DNA of 64,000 nucleotides, from the NCBI GenBank assembly GCA_963825135.1, contig CAWGRW010000009.1, positions 2,272,001 through 2,336,000 on the forward strand. The letters run 5' to 3'. The notes under the pieces are model-generated. The model ran no database searches. It had not been told where the DNA came from and worked only from the letters and a program-made list of their open reading frames with translations. The stretch is from an uncultured bacterium. Lineage in GTDB: Bacteria; Desulfobacterota_D; UBA1144; Nemesobacterales; UBA2774. Both the position numbers and the translations under genes were made by a program. Within the stretch, counting starts at the first letter, position 1. The number at the start of each line of letters is the position of its first letter. Positions 53,770-61,570 of this stretch are shown in pieces.

Positions 53770-55659
53770 TCACCATGAGAGCGTAGTGACTTCCCGCTCA
53801 ACTATCATAAGCATTCGGGAGAAATTGCGCAACAGATTTTGGAGAAGCGTCATCTTCACCGTGGGATTCGTTTCACCCAGCTCATCGAATGCAGTCGTAG
53901 AGAGTAGGTAGCACTCTACGTGTTTATCGGCACGGACGTCTGCTGACCGTACCGTGCGGTTCACTACCGCAATCTCACCGAATGCCATACCGGGAGAAAG
54001 GGTCGATAACCGTTTGATCTGACCGTTAGGCAGATCGACTATAACACTAACTTCACCGCTCATGAGCAAGTAAATTTCATCCGCCGGCTCTCCCTTTCGT
54101 ACTATGAGCTCTCCGGGGTCGTAACGTTTGCTCGTGAGCAAAGGTTCCAGGAACGCGACGGCTTCAGGCGCGAGCCCCCGGCAAAGGTCATGCTCGGCCA
54201 GTGTCACCGACTCAAGAGAGCTGTCCTCGGGTTGCTGACTGGCTATCAAACGGTTCTCGCACCACTCGATGGCAATATCCATATCAGGGAAAATGTGCAG
54301 CCAAGCCTCCTGCTGATCATCGGTGTTAAGCTGCTCTTCTAAAAATCTGACAAAATTCGGGTGCTTCTGTAAGTTCACCAATAAAAGGTGTTTTCCACAA
54401 CTCTCGAAAGTCTTAATTAGTTCGAGCAGGGTCTGCGCGGACGAATCCTCAATATGTGTTACTCGCTTGAAGTCGATAACAGCTATGTCTGTCGTATCGC
54501 TAACATCGACTATCCTGCGGACCGTCACTTCCACAGCGGAAAAAACAAGATCACCCTGTAACTCATATACTTTCGCCCGCATGCCCGATTTATCGAGAAT
54601 TTCCGCATCACGCTCACCACGTAGTCGCTTGGACCTGATCTTGGAGACATCGTACTGTGCCCGAATCGCAGCACGCGAGGAACGCGGAACGCGAAGGCAG
54701 TGCAGGTTAAAATCCTTCGAAAGGTTCTTGCAAACCTCAATCCCTCGGACGCTGTTCCCGCGTGCATCGAGAGGAGGCGAGAAAACGCCGATCCCGGCTT
54801 GCCCCGGCATAACCGCCATTATTCCTCCTGACACGCCGCTCTTTGCGGGTATGCCGATCCAGTACATCCACTCACCCGCGTAGTCATACATACCGCAAGT
54901 GGTCATGATGCTCATTATGTTCTCAACGAGTTCGTCGCGAATTGCGCGCTCCTTCGTAAGCGGGTTGATTCCGCCGTTCGCCAAAGAGGCCGCCATCAAG
55001 CTCAGGTCTCGACAATCAATGGAGATTGAGCACTGCCGAAAATAGAGATCGAGCGCTATATCAGGATCTTCGCTCAGTATGTTGAAGTTACGTAGCATAT
55101 GACCGATGGCACGGTTACGATGGCCTGTTTCTCTCTCGGACCTGTACACAGTGGCATCTATGGAAAGCTTGCGGCCGGCGTAGACGGAGAAAACTCCCAA
55201 GAGACGATCCAACTTGTCCTTGCCGGAATTTCCGGCCACTAGAGACGTTGTAGCGATAGCACCGGCGTTGATCATGGGGTTGAACGGACAGCCGGTTTCC
55301 GGCGCGAGGCTGATCGAGTTGAAGGCATCGCCGGTCGGCTCAACCCCAATCTTGTCGAGCACCGCCTCTATGCCTCGATCTTCAAGAGCAATGCCATACA
55401 CGAACGGCTTTGAAATCGACTGAATCGTGAAGGGCTGACGAGTATCGCCGGTTTCGTAGACCCGGCCGTCGGTGGTAGCGATGCTGATACCAAACCAGTT
55501 AGGGTCCGCCTTAGAAAGCTCCGGGATATAGGTAGCGATCTTTCCGTCTTGCAGCTTCGTGCATTTTGCGTGCAGGCGCTCTAGGTACGCCTGAATGGGA
55601 GATTTGACTTGATGGCTCTCTCCTGTGTTCCTGCTTTGCACCGCGCGTCCTAACAGCAT
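53770..55659 (-). CDS. glsA: Glutaminase A fused to STAS and cyclic-nucleotide-binding domains
   Basis: YIPELS, QSISKP, NPMINAGAI, PAKSGVSGG, GNSVRG; STAS IDFKRV; cNMP FGEIA..RSADV. Start chosen from the RBS and promoter. Confidence 0.93.
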   Translation of the reverse strand: MLLGRAVQSRNTGESHQVKSPIQAYLERLHAKCTKLQDGKIATYIPELSKADPNWFGISIATTDGRVYETGDTRQPFTIQSISKPFVYGIALEDRGIEAVLDKIGVEPTGDAFNSISLAPETGCPFNPMINAGAIATTSLVAGNSGKDKLDRLLGVFSVYAGRKLSIDATVYRSERETGHRNRAIGHMLRNFNILSEDPDIALDLYFRQCSISIDCRDLSLMAASLANGGINPLTKERAIRDELVENIMSIMTTCGMYDYAGEWMYWIGIPAKSGVSGGIMAVMPGQAGIGVFSPPLDARGNSVRGIEVCKNLSKDFNLHCLRVPRSSRAAIRAQYDVSKIRSKRLRGERDAEILDKSGMRAKVYELQGDLVFSAVEVTVRRIVDVSDTTDIAVIDFKRVTHIEDSSAQTLLELIKTFESCGKHLLLVNLQKHPNFVRFLEEQLNTDDQQEAWLHIFPDMDIAIEWCENRLIASQQPEDSSLESVTLAEHDLCRGLAPEAVAFLEPLLTSKRYDPGELIVRKGEPADEIYLLMSGEVSVIVDLPNGQIKRLSTLSPGMAFGEIAVVNRTVRSADVRADKHVECYLLSTTAFDELGETNPTVKMTLLQNLLRNFSRMLMIVEREVTTLSW

Positions 55660-55688
55660 ATATCCCCCTGTATTGGTACTCAACGGTG

Positions 55689-55703
55689 GCAATATGGATG
55701 CCA
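55689..55703 (-). promoter_or_regulatory. Putative sigma54 promoter of the glsA operon
   Basis: Minus strand TGGCATCCATATTGC (GG-N10-GC), about 30 nt upstream of ATG 55659. Confidence 0.7.
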
Positions 55704-55875
55704 GTGGAAAGAATTCGTAATCTACCATTATAAGGAGGGACGAGTAATATAAAGAAATTGCGCGTAAGGTCTGCTAAGAACGAATAAATATTTAACAGAT
55801 GAGATGGCAGGAAAATAATCCTATCAGTTATGTATCTGATCATTTGTGCTTAGGTTAAATTACTCTGTGCGAAAA

Positions 55876-55915
55876 ATGCGCAGGAATTAAGCATCGTTGC
55901 TTAATTCCTGCGCAT
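55876..55915. repeat. Perfect 18-bp inverted repeat, candidate enhancer/operator
   Basis: ATGCGCAGGAATTAAGCA-TCGT-TGCTTAATTCCTGCGCAT. Confidence 0.8.
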
Positions 55916-56268
55916 ATCGAATTGCTATGATTTAGAAATTCTCTAAATCTAGAATACGTAATATTTAATCATTTAGTGGGATTCCGGAGTATGTGGGTGA
56001 TATATATTTGGATAGGGTAGGGGGTAATATGAAGCATGCGTAGAAATTCATGAAGGTAATATCCTGACTGTTAAGCGGAATCAAAGGCTGATAACAAAGC
56101 GTGTATCAGAGAGACAAGAGCCCTTGATTTCGAACACTACTCATATATGATAACACCGGTCCTGGTGGAGAGAAAGGTATCGAGGCGAACGGAATCTCGG
56201 ATGGAGCGAAGTATTAGCTTCAATGGCCATGAACTATATTTAGTTCATAACCCATTACAGTGTGTAAG

Positions 56269-57018
56269 ATGAAACTGCATATATTAGGCTCTGGAACTTG
56301 CGTTCCCAATATTAGAAGAGGATCGTCAGGCTACGCGCTTGAGCTTTCCGAATCGACAATTTTACTTGACTGCGGTAGCGGTACTACATGGAAATTAGGT
56401 ATGGTCGGCGTTGATTATCTTACAGTGGACCATATCTTTATAACCCACTTTCATCCCGATCATACTGCAGATTTAATCCCGTTCTTATTTGCAACAAAAT
56501 ATCCTCACCCCACTAAAAACCGGGAAAAACCCCTTGTTATATGGGGCCCAAAAGGTTTTACAGAGTTCTACTCATCTTTAAAGTTAGCCTTCCACGATTG
56601 GATTGCTCCGGATAACTTGACTATCAAAGAAATAACTGAGGAACCGTTGAGGCTGGACGATTTTGTTTTGGTCGCCCGAAATACATTTCATACGGAAAAC
56701 AGCGTTGCCTACAGGATAGAATCTGGCGGAAAATCAATAGTATACTCCGGGGACACGGGATACACCGATTCATTGATTGAGCTTGCAACAGGTGTGGATT
56801 TGTTAATCGTCGAATGCTCATTTCCCGATGAACTTAAATTTTACGCCCATCTTACCCCAAGCGAAGTCGGAATGATTGCAAGTGCGTCAAAGGCTAAAAA
56901 AATTATTCTGACACACCTTTATACTGATTGTGATGAGATAGACATTATCGGGCAAGTTAGAGAGTATGTAGACGTGGATGTAATTCTCGCCGAGGATTTG
57001 ATGGAAATCGATATATAA
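56269..57018 (+). CDS. MBL-fold metallo-hydrolase (RNase Z/phosphodiesterase-like)
   Basis: LGSG, LLDCGSG, THFHPDH, YSGDT, LTH motifs. Confidence 0.9.
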   Translation: MKLHILGSGTCVPNIRRGSSGYALELSESTILLDCGSGTTWKLGMVGVDYLTVDHIFITHFHPDHTADLIPFLFATKYPHPTKNREKPLVIWGPKGFTEFYSSLKLAFHDWIAPDNLTIKEITEEPLRLDDFVLVARNTFHTENSVAYRIESGGKSIVYSGDTGYTDSLIELATGVDLLIVECSFPDELKFYAHLTPSEVGMIASASKAKKIILTHLYTDCDEIDIIGQVREYVDVDVILAEDLMEIDI

Positions 57019-57336
57019 GTCTCCCTGTTTATAAAAACCTGCCGTGTAAACGATAAGGCGCGTGATGCCGTCGATCTGCTGGGAATAACTTATTTTGGGT
57101 CTAAAGCGAAGTTGGAGTGTGCTCGGACGTCGTATGAGGAAGTGTCCAAAGAACTTCAGCTCTCGTTCCCTCTTCAACCGGCGCCGGGAGCCGAGTTCCA
57201 GAAGGCCCTGGACCAAGCACAGCCGGAACTAAAAGAACGCGTCTACTCAGCCTCACGGTTCGACATTAGAATGCATACCCTAGACGGCATGCTCGATGCC
57301 GTGGTGAGATGGTGAAATAACGCACTGCCGAATTGC

Positions 57337-57594
57337 TCAGAGCATCATGCTCAACTTAAGCTCACGTACAGGAGGCAGCCAAATCACGTCACAGTACAAC
57401 AATTTCCCTTTGTTGTCATAATGGCAATCTAGGCAAAGCCTTCCGTCATCACTGCATTTCATTTCTTGCGGAATTATAACCTGACCATCCGTACGGTCGA
57501 CCTTGCCCGTCTGAAGCAAGTAGCGCTCACCCATCTTGTCGAGCGAGAATTCTGCGGTAAATCCTGGAATAGCCATTTTATACAATTCGCTCAC
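57337..57594 (-). CDS. Precursor-like small peptide 3 (PGFTAE leader, 4-Cys core)
   Basis: MAIPGFTAEFSL..Y...VIIPQ then EMKC..C..C..C. SD AAAGGAGG. Start may be GTG 57594, TTG 57585 or ATG 57576. Confidence 0.75.
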   Translation of the reverse strand: MSELYKMAIPGFTAEFSLDKMGERYLLQTGKVDRTDGQVIIPQEMKCSDDGRLCLDCHYDNKGKLLYCDVIWLPPVRELKLSMML

Positions 57595-57720
57595 CTCCTT
57601 TCGGATTCTTGCACATACCTAAAATTTTCACACACCTCACGGTGCATATTTGCAGCACATCCCGGTTTCCCCCCTGTTCATCGCATCTCAGGCGGGGCTT
57701 GAGTGAAAGAACGGTTCTTC

Positions 57721-58017
57721 TCACCAAGGCCAAATGCATCGCGTGCATGGTGTTTCGCAGCAATCCCAGTGACAAATGGGGTTACATCTCATGTGATATT
57801 CGCAATTGCAACACCAGCTGTCCCAGCAGCCCCAAGCGTTTAAGCCGCCTACCCCTCCTAACCCCCCCAAGCCGCCACCAACCCGTATTTGTGAAATGAC
57901 TCTTTGCTCTCCGCTACTACAACCTTGAGTCGCTACAGACTGGTAGCGCCTGCTCGTCTTGTAGAGTGAAGTATCTGCGGTAAATCCCGGAATAGTCATT
58001 TTATACAATTCGCTCAC
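57721..58017 (-). CDS. Precursor-like small peptide 2 (PGFTAD leader, Gly linker, 10-Cys/6-Trp core)
   Basis: MTIPGFTADTSL...RVISQ IRVGGG...NAWGCWDSWCCNC...PCTRCIWPW. Confidence 0.82.
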   Translation of the reverse strand: MSELYKMTIPGFTADTSLYKTSRRYQSVATQGCSSGEQRVISQIRVGGGLGGLGGVGGLNAWGCWDSWCCNCEYHMRCNPICHWDCCETPCTRCIWPW

Positions 58018-58143
58018 CTCCTTTCGGATTCTTGCACATACCTAAAATTTTCACACACCACACGGTGCATATTTGCAGCACATCCCGTTTTCCCCACCGT
58101 TCATCGCATCTTAGGCGGGGCTTGAGTGAAAGAACGGTTCCTC

Positions 58144-58443
58144 TCACCAAGGCCAAATGCACCGCGTGCATGGTTCGCACACCTGCTGCTGACACTCGCA
58201 TACATAACGGCCGTCTCCGGTAGGCCAGCAGGGGCCCCAAGCAACACATCTGCAGCATTCAGACTCCCAGCAGCCCCAAGCGTTTAAGCCGCCTGCCCCT
58301 CCTACCCCCCCCAAACCGCCACCAACCCGTATTTGTGAAATAACTCTTTGCTCTCCGCTACTACGACCTTGAGTCGCTACAGACCGGTAGCGCCTGCTCG
58401 TCTCGTGGAGTGAAGTATCTGCGGTAAATCCTGGAATAGTCAT
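58144..58443 (-). CDS. Precursor-like small peptide 1 (PGFTAD leader, Gly linker, 10-Cys/6-Trp core)
   Basis: SD GGAGGT 7 nt before ATG; paralog of 57721-58017. Confidence 0.85.
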   Translation of the reverse strand: MTIPGFTADTSLHETSRRYRSVATQGRSSGEQRVISQIRVGGGLGGVGGAGGLNAWGCWESECCRCVAWGPCWPTGDGRYVCECQQQVCEPCTRCIWPW

Positions 58444-58476
58444 TTCATTTACCTCCCTATAGAGTGATTTTCGATC

Positions 58477-59412
58477 TTATCGGTCATAGTACGGTGATAA
58501 CTTGCTGACCAGGAATGGAAATTCCTCGGTCACATCCACGCGAATAAAGAACTTTTCGGTGACATCGGTATTGCGGTTCGTGAAAGAGAATATTACCTCA
58601 ACGATTTTGCGCGTGCTGCTGAGAGGCGAAGGACGCACCTCAACCGCTGTCAAAGATTGGTTTTGAGCGAAGGCTTCTGCCGCCCTGGCGTAGATTCCAC
58701 TGCATCGCACCGCTGAATAGTTTAGGGCGCGATGTTCATCTGTCGCTCCCCCATTATCAGCCATCTGCATTATCCTCAGGAACAGTTCCTCTGCAGCGGG
58801 TGTGAAATCTTTTGTGGCAATTTCCTTTGGTTTTGGAATAGACTTTATCAAAGAGTCGATGTCGAATGAATACATCTGGTCGAACACTACAATGGGAACC
58901 ATAAGCCCATTGCACATCTCAGGCGGGGCAATTGGTCCCCTTAAGCCAATCACCACATCAATATCTGTGAGACGCGAAGAGTGTAGGGAGTCCACCAGCT
59001 GATCATAGCTCGTTTGGTCGCGAGGAAGTAGTACGTAGGTTTCCAAACCCTCAATGGTAAACACCCAACATAACTGCCGCACAAGGTAGCGGTTCTTTGG
59101 CTCAGACAGAATCTTGTGAAGGGCCTGCCGGTCTGTGAGCCCGGCTGTATCTCCTCGTCCGGTGGCTTGGGCAAATTCCTTTTCCACCGACAGCCGTGGA
59201 CAAACCGCGTTGACTCTGCCAAGTGCATATATGTAGGAAGGGGGCGTAGAAGCAGTTCCGTCTCCACAAGTGGGGCAGCTTCCCTGGTCGGTCTGCGGAG
59301 AGATAGTCGTTTTTGCATGACCATTGCCAGGAGATTTAGAAATTGCCAATGTGTCCTTCATATTTACAGCTTGGTCTCCCAACTGTTCTTTCACTTCATC
59401 ATTCTGTTCCAT
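58477..59412 (-). CDS. Stand-alone PatA/PatG C-terminal DUF domain protein
   Basis: YIYALGRV, LCWVFTIEG, CNGLMVPIV, GATDEHRALNY and DVTEEFPFLVSKLSPYYDR match cyanobactin protease C-termini. RBS GAGGAG before ATG 59412. Confidence 0.88.
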   Translation of the reverse strand: MEQNDEVKEQLGDQAVNMKDTLAISKSPGNGHAKTTISPQTDQGSCPTCGDGTASTPPSYIYALGRVNAVCPRLSVEKEFAQATGRGDTAGLTDRQALHKILSEPKNRYLVRQLCWVFTIEGLETYVLLPRDQTSYDQLVDSLHSSRLTDIDVVIGLRGPIAPPEMCNGLMVPIVVFDQMYSFDIDSLIKSIPKPKEIATKDFTPAAEELFLRIMQMADNGGATDEHRALNYSAVRCSGIYARAAEAFAQNQSLTAVEVRPSPLSSTRKIVEVIFSFTNRNTDVTEKFFIRVDVTEEFPFLVSKLSPYYDR

Positions 59413-59494
59413 AATATTTCTCCTCTTTTTGAGATATATTTGAAAGACTCTGTGTATCCATTTACTCGGGGCACATCGCAATTCCTCTCTACAT

Positions 59495-59686
59495 TTAACG
59501 CCGCCCGGAGAGAACTATCCATCGGTTCAGCGCCGCGGCACGACGTTCGCAGCTGCCGCATTGCCTGATTCCGACCGCGGTTGTTGCTCGCTTGATCACG
59601 TCCCCAAGCCCGATGTCCTCATCGGCGGTGAATCCCGGAAGTCGCACTCTGTAAGGCCGGCCTTTCCTTGTCTCATCTTTTTTCAT
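59495..59686 (-). CDS. Small CxxC protein with LPGFTAD motif
   Basis: RVRLPGFTADEDIGLGDVIKRAT..GI..CGSCERRAAALN. Overlaps the protease stop; RBS AGGAG. Confidence 0.8.
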   Translation of the reverse strand: MKKDETRKGRPYRVRLPGFTADEDIGLGDVIKRATTAVGIRQCGSCERRAAALNRWIVLSGRR

Positions 59687-60641
59687 GTTGCTTTCTCCTA
59701 AAGTTGACCTTCATGACCTGATATGCTCTCTCAACATCCAATAAAGGCGGGACAACCGTAGCCCGCCGCCGGGCGTGTGCTTGTGCTGCCGCTAGTTTCA
59801 CTTGAGCTGAGGTTGCGGAGGGAAATTCGGACCATAGAAGTGCGATTGCACCTGTTACAAATGGCGCTGCAGCGCTCGTCCCTCCGAATGTGTGTGATTT
59901 GCCATTAGTTCCCAAACTTGTAATGTTGTCACCAGGGGCGCTTAGACCTCTCCTGCCTATCGAGCTTCCGAGATTCGAATAGATAAGCGGTCTTCCTTGA
60001 TTGTCACATGCAATAACAGGAATTACCCAGGGATGGCGCGTGATAGCGGAGCTTCCGATTGTTCCTTGATTTCCCGCAGCCGCAACAATAATAGTTCCGC
60101 GCATTGCGGCATAATCTAGAGATTCTTCTAATTTGCGCTCACCCTTAGACGAAGGTTGTGCAAGGGCAGCACTCAGGTTGATCACGTTTGCGCCTGCATC
60201 AACTGTCTCGATAATCGCCTCTGCTAGTTCATCTGGAGTCGCACTTGGCATTTGTCCGTTCTCAGACGGCTCTGCGAAGATCGGACGTACCAGCAGGGTG
60301 CAATCGGGACATATTGATGGGGCTTTGGAACCTCGCTCTCCGCACAATATACCTGCTACAAATGTTCCGTGCATACAGGCAGTGCTGCTCGCAAGTGCGC
60401 ACGCACATGAAAGTTTCCCCGGGATCTCACGAATATTCTCATTGGAGAGGTTGGGGTGGTTCAAAAAGACTGGTCCGTCTATTAGACCAATCATAATCTC
60501 AGGCTTACCTCTGCTGAGTTTCATAAGCCCAATGAGATTTAGTAAATCCAGGGGGCTTATTGAGTTTGAACTATTAGGCGATTGTTCTGAGGTACTTCGA
60601 GTAGTCTGATCCTCAGTAAACCCGCATTCGAGTACAATCAT
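59673..60641 (-). CDS. Stand-alone PatA/PatG-like subtilisin (S8) protease
   Basis: Triad IDGPV (Asp), HGTFVAG (His), GTSAAAP (Ser), oxyanion AAAGN. No signal peptide. Confidence 0.93.
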   Translation of the reverse strand: MIVLECGFTEDQTTRSTSEQSPNSSNSISPLDLLNLIGLMKLSRGKPEIMIGLIDGPVFLNHPNLSNENIREIPGKLSCACALASSTACMHGTFVAGILCGERGSKAPSICPDCTLLVRPIFAEPSENGQMPSATPDELAEAIIETVDAGANVINLSAALAQPSSKGERKLEESLDYAAMRGTIIVAAAGNQGTIGSSAITRHPWVIPVIACDNQGRPLIYSNLGSSIGRRGLSAPGDNITSLGTNGKSHTFGGTSAAAPFVTGAIALLWSEFPSATSAQVKLAAAQAHARRRATVVPPLLDVERAYQVMKVNFRRKQHEKR

Positions 60642-60739
60642 ATTCCCATCACCCTAAAAAAGTCAGAGTAAAAGGGAAATCACTTATATGCTAGATTGCA
60701 ACTTAGACACACAGGAAGGTGTAAAATTTTTTGAGATCT

Positions 60740-60826
60740 AACTATTGCAATCCAGCCGCCTTAAACATCAAGTTCTTAGGCCTGTGACTTTGCGTCCCAC
60801 TCTTTCGAATGGTTTGCCCTTTTAGT
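60740..60826 (-). ncRNA. c-di-GMP-I (GEMM-I) riboswitch
   Basis: Minus strand AGGGCAAACCATTCGAAAGAGTGGGACGCAAAGTCACAGGCCTAAG...AAGGCGGCTGGATTGC: GAAA tetraloop, GACGCAAA junction, receptor stem. Confidence 0.92.
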
Positions 60827-60834
60827 CTAGAGTG

Positions 60835-60864
60835 AGACTAACACAAAGATGTCAATAATGTCAA
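60835..60864 (-). promoter_or_regulatory. Putative sigma70 promoter for the riboswitch-protease operon
   Basis: Minus strand TTGACA-18nt-TAGTCT with an extended TG, and an AT-rich UP region. Confidence 0.5.
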
Positions 60865-60901
60865 CAACTATTTTCTTGAATGAAAATAAAAAATTTTATA
60901 C

Positions 60902-61094
60902 TGACCTGCCCCCCCTGTAATAGTTCCATAAGTTAAGTTGGATTTTCGATAAAGAACCCTATATACGGGAGTTCATCGGAATGGCGAGGAATCGTTACAC
61001 TGCAGAGCAAATAATAAGGCATTTAAGACAAGCAGAAGTTCTCTCTTCTCAGGGCAGGAGTGTGTCGGATCTTCATTTAAGGAAAAGATATTGA
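60902..61094 (+). mobile_element. IS3-family (IS407-group-like) left-end remnant
   Basis: Terminal TGACCTGCCCCC. Truncated OrfA MARNRYTAEQIIRHLRQAEVLSSQGRSV (60981-61094). Confidence 0.8.
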
Positions 61095-61259
61095 AACTTT
61101 AGCCACTTCAGGCGGTTCAGCCATAAATGATGTATACGAGTTAACATAAAGAATTAATTTGTAAACGGTCGTTTATGAAACACAGCCCCGTGTGCTTGCA
61201 ATCCATTTTGACCTTGCCACAATCTGCTGATCGTACAACCGGTGACAGTAACAGCCATT

Positions 61260-61531
61260 TTGAAACCTATGGGCTCTCCGAGTCGGGCTTGGAGGGCGGC
61301 GATTAAGAAAGCTAATTTACGGGTTTACGTATTCACGATCTGCGACACGCGTTCGCTACGAGGGTAGGGGAGGCAGGTTTTCCAGTGCAGACTATTCAAG
61401 CACATTTCCGGCACAGTGATGTCCGAGCCTCAATGCGATACGTGCATCCGGGGCAGTCTTTTCGGGATGCAGTCGAAAACGTGTCACTGACTTCTACTGA
61501 CTTTTCGCAGAAAAAAGAGGGAAAAAACTGA
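61260..61531 (+). pseudogene. Tyrosine integrase C-terminal remnant
   Basis: AWRAAIKKANL / frameshift at ~61321 / GLRIHDLRHAFAT...HSDVRASMRY. N-terminus missing. Confidence 0.88.
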
Positions 61532-61570
61532 TGCTATCGATTGAAAATACGAGTAAGTCCCCGTAATCAT

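Larger units (their letters stand above)
57551..58443. repeat. Tandem repeat array of spacer+leader units (period 423-444 nt)
   Basis: Spacers 57595-57720 and 58018-58143 are near-identical. Leader-coding DNA is repeated three times. Confidence 0.92.

Noticed and set aside
57466..58258. Overlapping ORFs 57578-57775, 58001-58258, 57609-57899 and 58032-58223
   Set aside because: They are by-products of the repeated spacer, lack an RBS and overlap better-supported genes.
57551..58443. CRISPR array or diversity-generating retroelement
   Set aside because: Units are over 400 nt and coding, there is no cas or reverse transcriptase in the window, and the variable parts differ in length rather than only at adenines.
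57721..58443. Double-glycine bacteriocin leaders
   Set aside because: GG pairs lie in a low-complexity linker absent from peptide 3, and no C39 peptidase-ABC transporter is in the window. Not fully excluded.
57337..60641. Canonical cyanobactin (patellamide-type) cluster
   Set aside because: No LAELSEE-type leader, no AYD/SYD follower, no heterocyclase or prenyltransferase, and the protease and DUF are unfused.
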